Source: Trichoplax adhaerens (Eukaryota > Animalia > Placozoa). Taken from it: a DNA stretch of 64,000 nt. The stretch covers positions 8,260,735 to 8,324,734 of the forward strand of contig NW_002060944.1 in the NCBI RefSeq assembly GCF_000150275.1, given 5' to 3'. Numbering within the stretch: the stretch's first letter is position 1; each line of letters starts with the position of its first letter. The notes below the pieces were generated by a model. It did no database searches and was not told the origin of the DNA. It was given only the letters and a program-made list of their open reading frames with translations. The position numbers and the translations under genes are program-made. Positions 1 to 13,297 of the stretch are shown here, in pieces.

Positions 1-1890
1 AACCAAGAAATACGTGAAAAGAATAAATTGATTGGTAAATATGAAAGTTCAGTTAATGGTAGTAATGCCACCATTGAAAAGAAGCAAACTCAAATTGATC
101 AATTAAATAAAAAAATTGAAAAGATATTAAGCAGCCGTGAAGGTGGTGGTGAGGAATTAGGCCCGCTGGAGATTCAAATTAAGACATTATTAAAACAAAT
201 TGAAAGCTTACATCAAGAGAATGAACAACTGAAACAATTCTGGTTACGTGGGCAAAATGAATTAGTAAAACATACTAAAGAGCGCGAAGAGCAAGGGGAT
301 GGTGTTGAATCACTAAAAAAACAATTTACAGTATTAAATCAGAAGAAATTAAGAATTGAGAATCAAATTCAAAGTGAAGAGAAAGAAATTGCTGAAGTCT
401 CTCATAGCACACGCAATTTACGCAATGAAATGATTAAATTAAATATGTTAATATCCAAAAAAAATAACCAACGTGAAGATATGGAACAAAGCAACATTCT
501 AATGGAAAGTGAATTTATCAAAGCATTAAAAGAAGCAGAGATAGCATCTATGGAAATGGATAATAATTTGCAAATGTTAAATGAAGAAAAGGAGCGTTTA
601 TTAAGTAGTCTTGTTGAAGCTGAGCGACAAATTATGCTTTGGGAAAAGAAGACACAACTAGCTAAAGAGATGAGAGCAGCTGTCGATTCTGAAACCGGTC
701 AGGGTGAAATAAAAGCAATGAAAATGGAAATTCATCGTATGGAAGTTCGCTATGGCCAATTATGTCGACAACAAGAGAAAATGATTCAAGATATGGAGAA
801 ATCAGTATTTAAACGTGAGTGTATTGTAACGCGCAGTGATGCGCAAGCTAAGACCGGACGTAATGAAAATACCAAGAGAGCATTTCAAAAGAATTTAGTT
901 GAAATCAAAAAGAAAATCAAAAAAACTACCGAAGATGTAGCAAATGGTGATGGCGAGCTCAAACGATACCGTGAAATGCAAGTACAACTTAGTCAAGGTC
1001 TCGAAAGCAAAAAAGAATCATGCCATACATTGCAGCGTTCGATTGATGCAGTTGAAGCAGATGTAGATCAAATGGCTGAAATGAAGCAAAAGGTAAGAAA
1101 AATTAATCAATTGATATTTTCAATATCAGAATGAAACCATATATAATGCTCAAAATTCGAAATTGTTAAAGTATATACGTTATAAGTATCAATTTACAGT
1201 GGCTTTATATAGGATCAGTTTATAAATTTTACAATTTACAATAATCGCTCTAAAAATTATAATCCAAACTTGTTAATTAATCTATGTTCTGCAATCTATG
1301 AACGCTGCAGACATTTGCTTAACAATATTATATTAAGATGCTTAATTGTAAACAAATTAGTTTTAACATAAATTAATTTTTGTCACATAATCTCTTCAAT
1401 ACCAAAAAAAACGTCTTCATTCTAATGATTAGATACACAAAAGCAATAATTCCTTATCATTGTATCTCTATTCAGCTGCTGCATCTTAAAACTCTTTACA
1501 TATTCTTAATAGCTAATATTTTGCTAAGTTAAGCTTATAAATGGAAGATAACGCTATAAGAATTATTATCTTTTATAACAGTACTACATAACTTAGTTTA
1601 AAAAGTAAAATCTAAAAATTGTCTTTTTTTATTTAATTTAAAATAAGAATTTTTCGGAAATTCTGGAAGGCCAACAACGTGTTAAATATTACCAAGAATT
1701 AAAAGATGGTAAATATCGTATGTTATGCAAGACACATGAAGGTATTGATAACGAATGGCAGCGTCAACATGAAAAGACTCAGTCATTAAATACTTTAATC
1801 GATCGATTAAATCAAGAGTATCCCTATGCACAATCTTCGTTACGAAAAGTGACACAGATGATATCTAATAAGATGACTACCTTGTATTAG
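1..1890 (+). CDS. CCDC40: Coiled-coil domain-containing protein 40 (axonemal 96-nm ruler subunit), 3' portion; the 5' end lies outside the window
   Basis: Frame is open from base 1 to the donor AAG|gtaaga at 1092. After intron 1093-1647, the last exon 1648-1890 reads NFSEILEGQQRVKYYQELKDGKY...IDRLNQEYPYAQSSLRKVTQMISNK...*. Motifs LKQFWLRGQNELV, LVEAERQIMLWEKKTQLAKEM and GEIKAMKMEIHRMEVRY match the CCDC40 C-terminus as I recall it. Confidence 0.93.
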
Positions 1891-3100
1891 TTACTTTATC
1901 TGAATGAAAATTACTATGTCCTTTACCGCTGTTAGACTGTAAGTACACTACAGATTGCGAATACTGTATTTAGTTACGTTTTAATGATGGCAAAATTTAG
2001 AATTAAAATTATGATAAATCTGTCCAAAATTATGACAGTTTGTAATAACAAGATACATTGTAATAGTTGTTGGCAACAGTAAATTATGATTTCTTTATAG
2101 TATGCGAGAAATTTTAATGCGTAATTTGACATAATAATATACCAATCTCGTTTACTGTAATATTTTGATTTCAGTTTAGTTACACTAGAAACTTCGATTA
2201 ATATACTTGCACATATGTAATTGCAAAATATGTATACTAGCTTATCATGAATTATTTCAATATACGATTTAGGTATAAAATAATACTGTTTTCATATTGT
2301 AATTTATTGGTCAGCACACTGATAACGCTAAAAGTCGTAGCTGTGAATAAAATGTAGCAGGAAGCTATGGTTTTTTATTTGTAGCGATTTAACGTTTTAC
2401 AACATTTACGTTTTTACAAGCAAATATCCGTATTTTTTAACCGCTTAAGTGCCAATATTGGTTATACATACAATAGTATTTTATTTAATCTCCTTAAGTG
2501 TAATCTAATACTATGGTAACGACATCTTACTTGAGCAAATAAAAGTCTAACTCAAAAGAAGCTGATCTTCGTAATCGGTAAATTTGTAGGTGATGCAGGC
2601 GTATTGATGTTGTGCTACGCTATGTGAGAAATGCAAAATGGTACTAAAGTATTTTAGATCAATATAGCATACTATCGTATATAAAGATAAGTATCATCAT
2701 TTAATAGTGTATGCTGATACTTAGTAGGCTAATAAACCTGCAAATATCATAACAGCAGTTATTTCATTCTAAGATTTATTGACTGTACATCACAGGGATT
2801 GTTAAAAATTGCAAAATGTCATATACGCTTAATGTTACAATTATGACTTTTCGCTCTTTATACATTTACTAGTATACAGCTAGTAGTAACGAAATCTATT
2901 TTCTGTATTTATCGTAGTCTCTTGTATCGGTAGATGTAATTATACGGTATTATTAGCAGCACATTTCGATATAATACGACACAATATATAGCTTTTCTAG
3001 TTACTTGATTAAGATATAAATTCTTTCACAATAGATTATTTTAAAAACAGGCTGCGAAGTGATAAACAACGCCAGTTTGTTTCCCAATAAGAGAATCAAA

Positions 3101-6100
3101 TTAGTGAGTTCGCTGAATTTCAAACAGTTTGACGTTAGTGTCGTACCATATAGGAGGATCGAAATTTCTAACAATCGTAATGCAAACATTAATAAGCTAC
3201 AACGGATTTTAGTGTGTTTTTATGAAAAATAATAATAGCATTCATACCTTAAGTATATAATGCCCCACATGTATGTTCGAAACCACATAGTAGTCGCGCT
3301 GTTAGGCTATTAATAATACAAAGGAAAATATAAGTCAGTCAGTGGAAAATTTGAAATAAAACATTAATATGGAGTAGTAAATTTACTTTTAATCATTTTA
3401 CTTTAGACAAATACAGCTTCGACAATAAAATCCTTCAAATACCTGATATTTTCTTATCAGAATTGGATGGGGAACTGGCAGCAATCCCACAAGCGTACCG
3501 TGCTGTAAGAACTTCAAAATTTCACTTTCATCAGTTAAGCCCCTAATCAAAATGATATTGTTATGATCATTAAATTAAAATCGAGCTAGCTTAATGAGCA
3601 GATCAAATGGTAATAAAAAAAGGGTGAATAACGAACTTATCAATGCAAATTTTCTCCACTTGCGGTACTAATACTTGCAGCATTCGCATGATGGTTTGTA
3701 GAGGTAATTTTTGCTTCCATGACAATACCTTTGTGTGTACATAAAAATTAAGCTGAGTAACTAATCTCATCGGTTTTAGGCATTAATAAAAACAGTTTAG
3801 TAAATCTCCGTTGTTGTGAAGAAAGAACGAAAGTAAAGCCGATTTTTACCCATTCTGGAGTTGGAGTAAAGTGTCCGTCAGGTGATACACTATCAAATCT
3901 CGGCGACTTCTTTATTTTCTTGGTTTTCTTCTTCATACTGGCAGCGCCAGTTTTGCTTAACTCATCATCGCTCGAAGTATCAGATTCACTTCCACTAATG
4001 TTATTAGGATCGGAGGCACTTTCAGTGCCGCTCTGATACTGGGCTACTGATATGCTCTCTATATAATCAAACATAGGAGTCAAATACAAAAATAAATATT
4101 TCATCACTGAACGACCGGTAGTCTACGGTGTTAAAAGCTATTTTGCAGTAATCCACTTAAATTATCAATTTACCAATTCCAGAAGAAAGTAAAGTTTTTG
4201 TTCCGAGAGTACCACTTGCCCCTGCATCACTGAAATTTTTCATTACTTTAATATGGCTCTTAAACGCAAAAAAATGAATGTTTATAAAAGAAATTTATTT
4301 GGTAACTTACTCTGAACTATCTTCTTTCTTATTGGGTTTAACTACAGTCGAAGGATCAGTAGGTAGATTGGCCAACTAATATGTAAATGTAATATGTTTA
4401 TAAGTACATGTGTTATAAGAGAAATTAAAACTTATGAAGGTATGCTGAAATTGGTGAACATAATAAAGAAAACCATTTTGATAATAACCTGATGAAATAT
4501 ATTTCTCTTACGGATTATTGTGTATACTAAATGGGAATTACCTGCAAAGAAAAATCGCCAATATGGGCATTAATAAAAATTCGAAATGTATTGAACTAAA
4601 GCGTTAGCTACTAGTTCGTATTTGCATTAATTACCATCAAACTGATACTGGATAATATTATTGAATACTTCCAGTAAAAAGAATATCAAGTGATGATTGT
4701 TGTTGTTACTAAATAAAAACCAGGGTGTTGAGAAAGCCTATCAAACATATTGCAAAATTAAAATAATTTAATCACTAAATAGCTTAATATAGCGATAATT
4801 TCAAATAGAAGATTAAAATAAAAGTGCAACCAGAAGACATACCTCTAGCAGATGAAGCAATTTGTTACTAGCAACAATTGATAAAGTTTTCGAGTAAGGT
4901 GAAACTATGGCCGAATAAAATATTACCATATAACGAATCAGTTTTATGTAATCAAGTATTAATGAAATTATGTCGAATAACTAAAATGATTACTAACTTA
5001 CCATTAACAAGGACGGTTAAAAGGCAATCAAATATAGGTGCTAAGCGTTGATGGCCAGTAGTAATTACTTTATGAAATACCTACGTAAGATTAGTTGATA
5101 AAGGAAAGCTGCAATATATAGTAAATTTTAGAATAAATTTGTTCTAATCATCAATTTAGAACTTACAATTACTAAAAAATCAATATGTGTGCCATTAAAT
5201 ACTGGTAAATCCATTGGTACTTTAGCTGAGAACGGCTTATTTAAGCGAACACCTGCATAGAAGGTTAAAAAATTATTTGAATTAATTACTTTAATTAGCT
5301 TATTTGATAAAACGGTAAAGTAATTAATATCTACTCTTTTACCAAAATTTCTTTCACCGCTCAAAAGTAATAAAATGAATACTCCAATATGCATTAAGCC
5401 GATACGAGCTATCACAATTAAATAAAGAAGAATTTTAAAGGATAAGATTTAATCCAATAAATTAATAATTATACTTAAACCATCTTTATAATCTGCATAC
5501 TAAAGATATCGCAAGATTTTTATGTTACTAACCTGGATCACACCTAGCATCATTCAAGTAATATAGGATTGGTACTAAGATATCTAAAACGTCACTACTC
5601 TTAAGTACATAGTACAGGAATTTCTGAAAGAATGTAGTAAAAATAGATATTAGACTAGCAATATTATCGCCCCTATTACTGACAGTCATCAACAGACCTT
5701 ATTACAATCACAGACTTTCCAGAGAAAAATTAATAATTCTTGATAGAAACCTATCTTCTTGCACGAATTTGGTAGATAAGTCTATTAATCAATAAAAGAA
5801 AATGATTTTATTTCAGTTATGCACTACATACGCTGTCGTACTATTTAACAATAATACTGAAATGATGAAAGATGCTTTCTTACTTGCAGTAATGGGTTAT
5901 TAAGTAATAAAATTATACCGCGTAGAATGAAAGTAAAATCCTATAATCAAAAATTTCAGAGTTTATTTTGCATATAATTGCTCTTTAAATACAAAAACAT
6001 GCAGTAAAACAATTAGTATTTTTCAGGATTTTAAGCTGACCTCTTCGCGATGTATTCGTGATAAATAATTGCAAAATAGATTATCGTTTATTCCTGCCTA

Positions 6101-9100
6101 CATAGTGAAGGTTCGTTAAATTTAGATAAATAAAGCTGTACCCAGATTTTGTGCATACACAACTGAAGGATACTTACTGTGTCATGTTCAGCACTTCGAT
6201 CGATAGTGATAGTGGAAGGTTCATGATCGAGGACGACAACTAGCAACTGGACAGCAATTTCGACCAACGGTTCTCTTGCGTCTTGAAACATGAGATGATT
6301 ATAAGGAACTCCATAACCGACGGGATCATACGAGCAGACGGTATTTAATAACGACGTAAATAAAGGCAATGCATGTCTTAAGGAAATATGTAAAAATAAA
6401 TCGTTAGTAATTGCAAAAAAATACGTACAATAACAAATAATAAGATTGAAGTACAATAGATTATCGTAGTTACCTATTATTCGTCGATGTAAAGTAATCC
6501 AACCACTGGTTATTTCCAGAATCGGCTAAGGGCGGAAGTTGTTGAAATAATAATTACGAAATTCATGTTTCCGAGAAATTTTACAGTTGAAAATAGTATC
6601 AGAAAGATTAACGTACCACTTGGTAGCATATACAATGATTCAGAAAAACAAGTGAGTAGCAGCTTCAGAATTTCTGTTCTATTTCGATCAAATTGAGGAT
6701 TAGCTGGCGTTGAGGTAGCAAATCCAACTCCAGCCTCCCTATTTGTAATGTTAAAATATTTAACATTAATGCAAGTTTAAATTTACCGATTGATAAGTAA
6801 CTATACATCAAATTTTTTATATCACAACTAAACTATACCAAATATATTCACAGCTGTCAATAGAAGGCAGATCATCAGGGGTCTCCTAGTAGTTGATAGG
6901 TGTTATAGTACAACGAATAAGTAATCCTAAAAGTTAAATATATCATTACCGTAAGAAAGTACTATAATTACCGGGCCAGCTTTCTTATGTTTGGGAACAG
7001 TAAAGTCTGGACAGAATAAGAGATCCTAAAATTTTGAATGATAATCATTAGTCTGCGTCGCAGGTTGGTTACAACATTCAATGATATAAAGTGTGAGAGA
7101 AAGCGTATTTCAGTGAAGGTAAAATTATGATTAATTATAGATAGATTATTACATACCAGAATGGCATTAAGTAATGATTTCGCTAATGGTTGAGCTCCAT
7201 CCTAATCAGAGAATACAATAGTATGAACAACAGAGGTGTTTCACATTGTACGAATGTTTAAGACTTTCAATATACATGTAGATGATATACTTACAGAGCC
7301 TTCAGTCATATTTCGAACCTCAGGTGATCCATCATCATCCTAAAGCGGAATAAAAAAGTGATAAATTACATCTGGTATAAGTAGCATAGCACTATAATAA
7401 CGATCTTATTTGATTTAAGAATTCCATTAACCGTATTTGCTGGAACTGAGGACCAGAAAAATCCTCGCCAATCACTGTCTTCGAATATGTACGGCAAAAT
7501 TCTAGTTAATAGCCTACAGCAATTCAGTACTGTTTGATATAAAGCACAATAATAATTAGTAAATTTGAATAAAACATAGAAATTAAATTGATTCATATGC
7601 ATATGACCTATTTACATCATTTAATAATTTTGATAAATGAGCAACATGGTGGCATAACTGAAGAATGACTTTGTAATTACGTAATTTTATGAGCACTTTA
7701 AAGATCAAATTATAATTATCAATAGCTATGTTATCCGTTTTATTCAGAAAGTTAATCTAAAGAGTGAGATTAATAGGATGCCAAGATTGCTCTTCAAACT
7801 ACTACAAAATCTTATTCAAAGGTAACTATTCAAGTGCAACTACAAATACAGTAGGTATTTATTATTTCTTAAATAAAGTACTATAGATTAAGAGGCGGTG
7901 TATTAAAATAGATAATGCCTTTGTTATATATTTCTTGCCTGTAGTTTGCTCCTTTGGTGTTGAACAAGCTGTCATCGAGGCAGCCACTAATTTCTCAACA
8001 GCCTGTATATTCGAAAAATAATGACCCAAGATATTATAACTTATAAAATAAAATGGCATAACTTGATTATTACGTTTATATTAATGAGATTGACAAAATA
8101 TGATAAACACATGATGATACGTCAATCATTTTTAATTTTTTAACTTCTTATTATGTTCCAGGATGTTACAAATTTATAATTTCAACTTTTTGACCTTAAA
8201 TTATGGATTTTCAAAGTTAAAGCTACAAAGTAATGACTTAGTTTCCTTCGTTAAGATACATGCTATTATACGATCAATTGTATAATTTCAGTATTCTGCA
8301 GTAGAAAGACGGTGTTGATATTTTATAAGATCTTTCTTTTGAACGGTATAGCCTATATGCGAGGAAATAAATCTAGTTTGCAAATGCTCATTACGATAAC
8401 AACTTTTAAACAAGTTATTACATATGTAATTGCAAAAATTTATTAAAACTGTATCATGGAATGACATAACTTTGATGGTAAACGATACTTTTATCAGGAT
8501 GATGAAGAACTAGAAATGTCGGACATGTGGATAATTAAACCATATGTTTACGGTAGCAGTAGCCTCAATACGATCGATTTCCGCATACTCGTACAGTAGT
8601 GTAAATTGATTGTTGCTGATACTATCCTGATCTTAACAATACGTTTAATGATGAAATGAAAGAGTGATCCAACGAACAGAGTTCGTAAAGAATATATAGT
8701 AGCAATAACGACGACAGTGTTTTTTTTAGTTGAGTATGAATTGTAATCATACGATTGACTGACGATAAAAGTGATTAACCAAGTATTATTGATAAACTTA
8801 CTGCTAGCAGTTAATGAATCTATAGCACAAAAATGTTTTTATGATATAGTCAACTTTACCAGTAATTGATTACTATACTATAGAATAATGGATCCTATCA
8901 TATCATTCATTAAGATATCATTTTTTGATACGGTTAAGAGTATACTCTAAATAAAAACACGGCATATGCGATCGTCAATGCAGAGTTATTGTTTGCCGTC
9001 ATCCTTTCACTATGTTATTATTTATGAAAAATTATAAATTTATTACTCCTTAAAGCTAAAAATATAATTTCTTTCTTCATTTTGAAGAATACCTTACAAT

Positions 9101-11911
9101 AATCGTTGGAACTCTGCTCGTAAACATACTAGATACTTTGAAAGTACAGCTACAAAGCATAGAATGGAAAAGCTGATTGCTAACAATTGCAGGTATTAAG
9201 GAGCGTCCACTTAACATTTTCTATTAGTAAGTTTCGCTAATGTATTCATAGTCATCTCGTGGTACGAAGGGATTATATTACTTAGTCTTAAGCTAAGTTA
9301 CAGTATATAGCTCGGCCAAGGCGTATTAACTACCTAGACTAGATTATTGTATTGTTGATGATGATGCTGTCGGTAAGGATACGAAAGGAATAAAGTTTTA
9401 AAGACTTTCCATTTTAAAGTTGAAATAGAAATGAATAATAAAATCAAATACTGCTAATAATAATGATTTATAGAATATACCCTATTCACTGCTAATACTC
9501 GTAAAAACTAGCCATAGAACCACACAACTATGAAAAATTGCAAAATACGTCAATGGACATAGAGACACCGGTTGTGACCATACACTATCAAAATTCAAAT
9601 TTTATACAGTATTATAAGGAAAGGTTAATATGTTTTTTAAATTCTGGGGATTTAGAAATACTATACCAAAGGCTTTACACTACCATAACAAAAGCTTTAT
9701 TACTTAAGCTTAAAAAAACTTGAAGAAGTTATAGTGCAGATGTTGCTGTTTCATTAATAGCGCATAAATTTGTATAAACACATCAATTTTCATCCTACCT
9801 TAATCGAGAGTGTAGCTAAATTTGACGGTGCTTCATCTCTTAATGTACGAATCTCTTGGGCTGTAACTAAAGTGAAAATGTCCTGTACAGAGGCAATCGA
9901 TTCACTCCAAAATTGATCCCAAAAAGCATCGTCATTAGCATCAATTGGCTGTCAAAATAAAATATATAGTATGTTATTATCAACAGGAGGTGTTAACCAG
10001 CAAACAATATTTAGATCAATCAATTAATGAAAAATCTAAGTTGATTATGTGAGATATGGGGAAAAGATACATCATTGTATAAGAAAATGTTCCAAGAAAA
10101 TTCTAATTGTAGGAAAAAGTAGTTGTCATCTAATAATTTGTGAGTAGTTTTAATATCTTGGATCGAGGTCTGGATACAAACTGCAAACAATTCAATTTGA
10201 TCCTAGTTGACTTTCCATTTTGTTTCCAAGGATTAAGCTTAAACAACACCAAGTATGCTTATGAAAGTGTGTTTTGTCTGGCATACTGTACATTATAAGA
10301 AATAAGAACAGTAGTTCCAGGCGAATATTTAACTGTGCTTTAATTATAGGGCCAATGTACATGTATTTCAAGTTCAATGCAGTTTTCATGTTGTGATTTT
10401 GCTGTCGTATCTTCAAAAAACAGGAGCTTTATTAAAAATAATTCGTTGTAACGAGTATGCAATCATGCGCGTCTTGTTTCATTTACTTTACTGAGATTCT
10501 TACTGTAGAATTCCTATTTCGTACAATCTAATATTAAAGAATTGATTGCTTATATGATTCGATCATTATTATACGCGTATACTGCAATGCATAAGTATAT
10601 AGTAATAACAATACTGTACAATAAAAATAATAAACTACAGTAATTTATCATTGCTTTCTGTACACTCGTTCCCTAATTCAAGTGCCCCAAAATAGGAAAT
10701 TTTAACATGAGGAATAATATTACGATCTGAGACGAAAAGGAAGTATACGCTGGTCGATTCCTTGGAATTTTACTATTGTTAAAATTAAGAACAACAATAG
10801 TTTAACAAGGCCAAATAAAATAACTTTACCAAAGGGTGAGTAAACCTACAGTAAGTCATAACGTACGGTCAAAGTATGAATATTGGTATGTACACACAGT
10901 AGCTCAGTTAGGGAACATTCTCCATTCTATTAAAATTTAAAAAATCGATGAATGTATGTATATTCACTCAATGCAAACATGGTTTGGATTTATGAGTCAG
11001 AGTAACAAGGATTGATAGTTCACGGTAAGGAGATTTGATATTACGATAGAGTGAATATCCAGTAGGAATCATGATGATCAACTGTATCATCGCCGTGTGT
11101 CGTTGATTTTATATTACAGTATTTGATAACTTTCCCAAATAGTGCAGCACTGTAGTGTAGATTGCTTTTCCTATACTAATTAATTCATAACAACAGCTAC
11201 CACACTGTAAGCGTAGACAACCATGACTCCTTTTGAATATTTACTATCATTGCGTAGCATAACATTGGAATAAAATATACTGCAAAGGAAAATGTTATTA
11301 TTCCATCTCTAAACTGAATGCAAGATTTGTATTCTATCTGTATAAAATAAGAGTCTATTTTTTAATCAATATTACACACGAAGAATAAGTTATTTTCTTG
11401 TAGGGCTCTTTCACTGGATATGAATGAAAGCTACTCGATGGGTCGACCCTATCGCAGAAATTAGATGACTCTGTTGAACTACAAATACCATGACTAAGCG
11501 AATATGGATCACCATTTCCACTAGTCATTCTATCTATTTTCAAGTCTATAACTAAATTGATTGTTTCAATTCATCTTTTGACCACTACAAGAACAGCTGT
11601 AAATGATTTGAATAGTCAAAGAAGAGAGAAAAAAAAAAAAAATCTGCTATGAGCGTATGGAAAATATGTTGTCCACATAGACTCTATACTGTACAATGGC
11701 ATAGTGTACTGTATCAGTCATTGGTGTCAGTCACTACAGTGATGAGTGATTTCCTTTTTGGTCAATTTTAGATCATTTTGACACAAAATTTGAACTCTTC
11801 TCTTGGATGGAAATGGACAGAAGACATTTTAATTGATTGCATTACCATTGTTTTGGTGGTTAGCTGAACGATAGCCTTGCGAAAATAGAGTTTGCTGTCT
11901 GTGCCACCCAT
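3101..11911 (-). CDS. HID1: HID1 domain protein (Golgi / dense-core vesicle biogenesis), multi-exon
   Basis: Exon 1 (11911-11846) is MGGTDSKLYFRKAIVQLTTKTM with an N-myristoylation-type MG start. Exon 2 (~9948-9799) is PIDANDDAFWDQFWSE...EAPSNLATL. Internal exons give VLNCCRLLTRILPYIFEDSDWRGFFWS, HALPLFTSLLNTVCSYDPVGYGVPYNHL and IGLMHIGVFILLLLSGERNFG. Terminal exons give MWFRTYMWGIIYLR|NFDPPIWYDTNVKLFEIQRTH* with the stop at 3103-3101. Confidence 0.96.
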
Positions 11912-12059
11912 GATTTTCTATCTTTCAATGTGTCCTCCAGTGAAAACGAAAATGTCAATGACCACAGGAGAAATGTTCCAGTGTACAGATTCGACTGTGA
12001 ATACATGTACGTCAATAGTGCTGGACGCTGAGTGTACCGCTTTATATCAAGCGATGTCT

Positions 12060-12840
12060 GTTGAAGCGGTACAGTACAGTACACAGACTTGGTATTGGTG
12101 CGGTCATGTTGTGACTTGTGAGTTACAGTATGCCTGCTGTTGCGCAACGTTGCCATTGCAGTGTACTGTACACTGTACACTGTACACTGTATACAGTGTA
12201 GTGAAAGTCATACAGTACAGTACAGACATGTTTCTACAGTACACAGGACTGACCAGATCGCTGTACTGTACACTGTACACTGTACTCTACCATCGACTCA
12301 ACTTTTTTCCTTATACTGTACTGTGTACTGTACACTCAGTGTAATGAGAATTATGAGAGCATAACTGCAATACTGTATACTGTACTGTATACTGTAAACT
12401 GTACGCTAATACTGTATAACTGTAAACTGTACGCTAATACTGTATACTGTACTGTATTGTACTACAGTATATTGTACTGTACAGTGTACAGTACAGTACT
12501 ATAATACAATATACTGTACAGTACAGTGTACACTGTACAGTACAATAATATACTGTACAGTAATACTGTACTGTAATGAGAATTATGAGAGCATACGGTA
12601 CTGTACAGTACTGTACTGTAAATGCAATATACTGTACTGTACTACAGTACTGTATCATACAATATACTGTACTGTACTGTACCATATACAGTACACTATA
12701 CTGTACACTGTATTGAGTGTAGTGAAAGTCACGTGTTTCTACAGTACAGGACTGACCAGACCACTGTACTGTACACTGTACACTGTACTGTACTCTAGCA
12801 TCCACTCAACTTTTTTTCCTTGTAATGTACTGTATTTATA
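12060..12840. repeat. Degenerate ACAGT/ACTGT (TACAG/CTGTA) pentamer array with higher-order duplications
   Basis: Dozens of mixed-orientation TACAG and TACTG units. A ~110-bp block occurs at 12195-12312 and again at 12716-12821. GTAATGAGAATTATGAGAGCATA occurs at 12341 and 12573. A 28-bp tandem duplication spans 12391-12446. Confidence 0.95.
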
Positions 12841-13054
12841 CAAGTAATTTTGGCTTTAAGTGCTAATATTACTAGCTTTAACACATTTTATACAACTTTC
12901 AATTACATATTCACATAAAACGTCTTATTTTCAATTCAATGATAGCAAATTTGTCTAGCAAGGACTTCAAACTATAATTTCATCTAGTTTCAAGCGTCGG
13001 GAAAGACTTACAGGAGACACCCTCAGAAGTCCAAACCTTTTAACTGGTCATACA

Positions 13055-13200
13055 ATACAGGTCATACTGTACTGTACTTTACAGTACAGTACTACCCTAC
13101 AGTACAGTACAATACTGTACACAACGACAAATTGTACTGTACTGCCCACAGTACGAAGAGCTATAAAATCACTCTCATACCTTCAAGTTCAGTACTGTAA
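13055..13200. repeat. Second ACAGT cluster containing a perfect 12-bp inverted repeat
   Basis: TACTGTACTGTA-CTT-TACAGTACAGTA at 13065-13091, with further TACAG units to ~13198. Confidence 0.85.
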
Positions 13201-13297
13201 AAAGCGGCTTCGTCAGACAGAAACGCGACTGTGTAGTAAATAAATTCATCCATTAGTTTACCAGTAATATCTTGGATCTGGACTTCAATCTGCTATC

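Larger units (their letters stand above)
11912..13297. promoter_or_regulatory. Putative bidirectional promoter region shared by HID1 and TBC1D16
   Basis: Head-to-head ATGs at 11911 (-) and 13298 (+), 1.39 kb apart. The interval is dominated by ACAGT arrays. TSS positions are not known. Confidence 0.7.

Noticed and set aside
9374-9383. U12-type donor-like GTATCCTT on the minus strand
   Set aside because: It lies inside HID1 intron 2, not at an exon boundary needed by the protein.
11860-12805. Four overlapping ORFs of 74-150 aa rich in Y, C, T, V and Q
   Set aside because: They are translations of the stop-poor ACAGT repeat, open on both strands, and two overlap HID1 exon 1.
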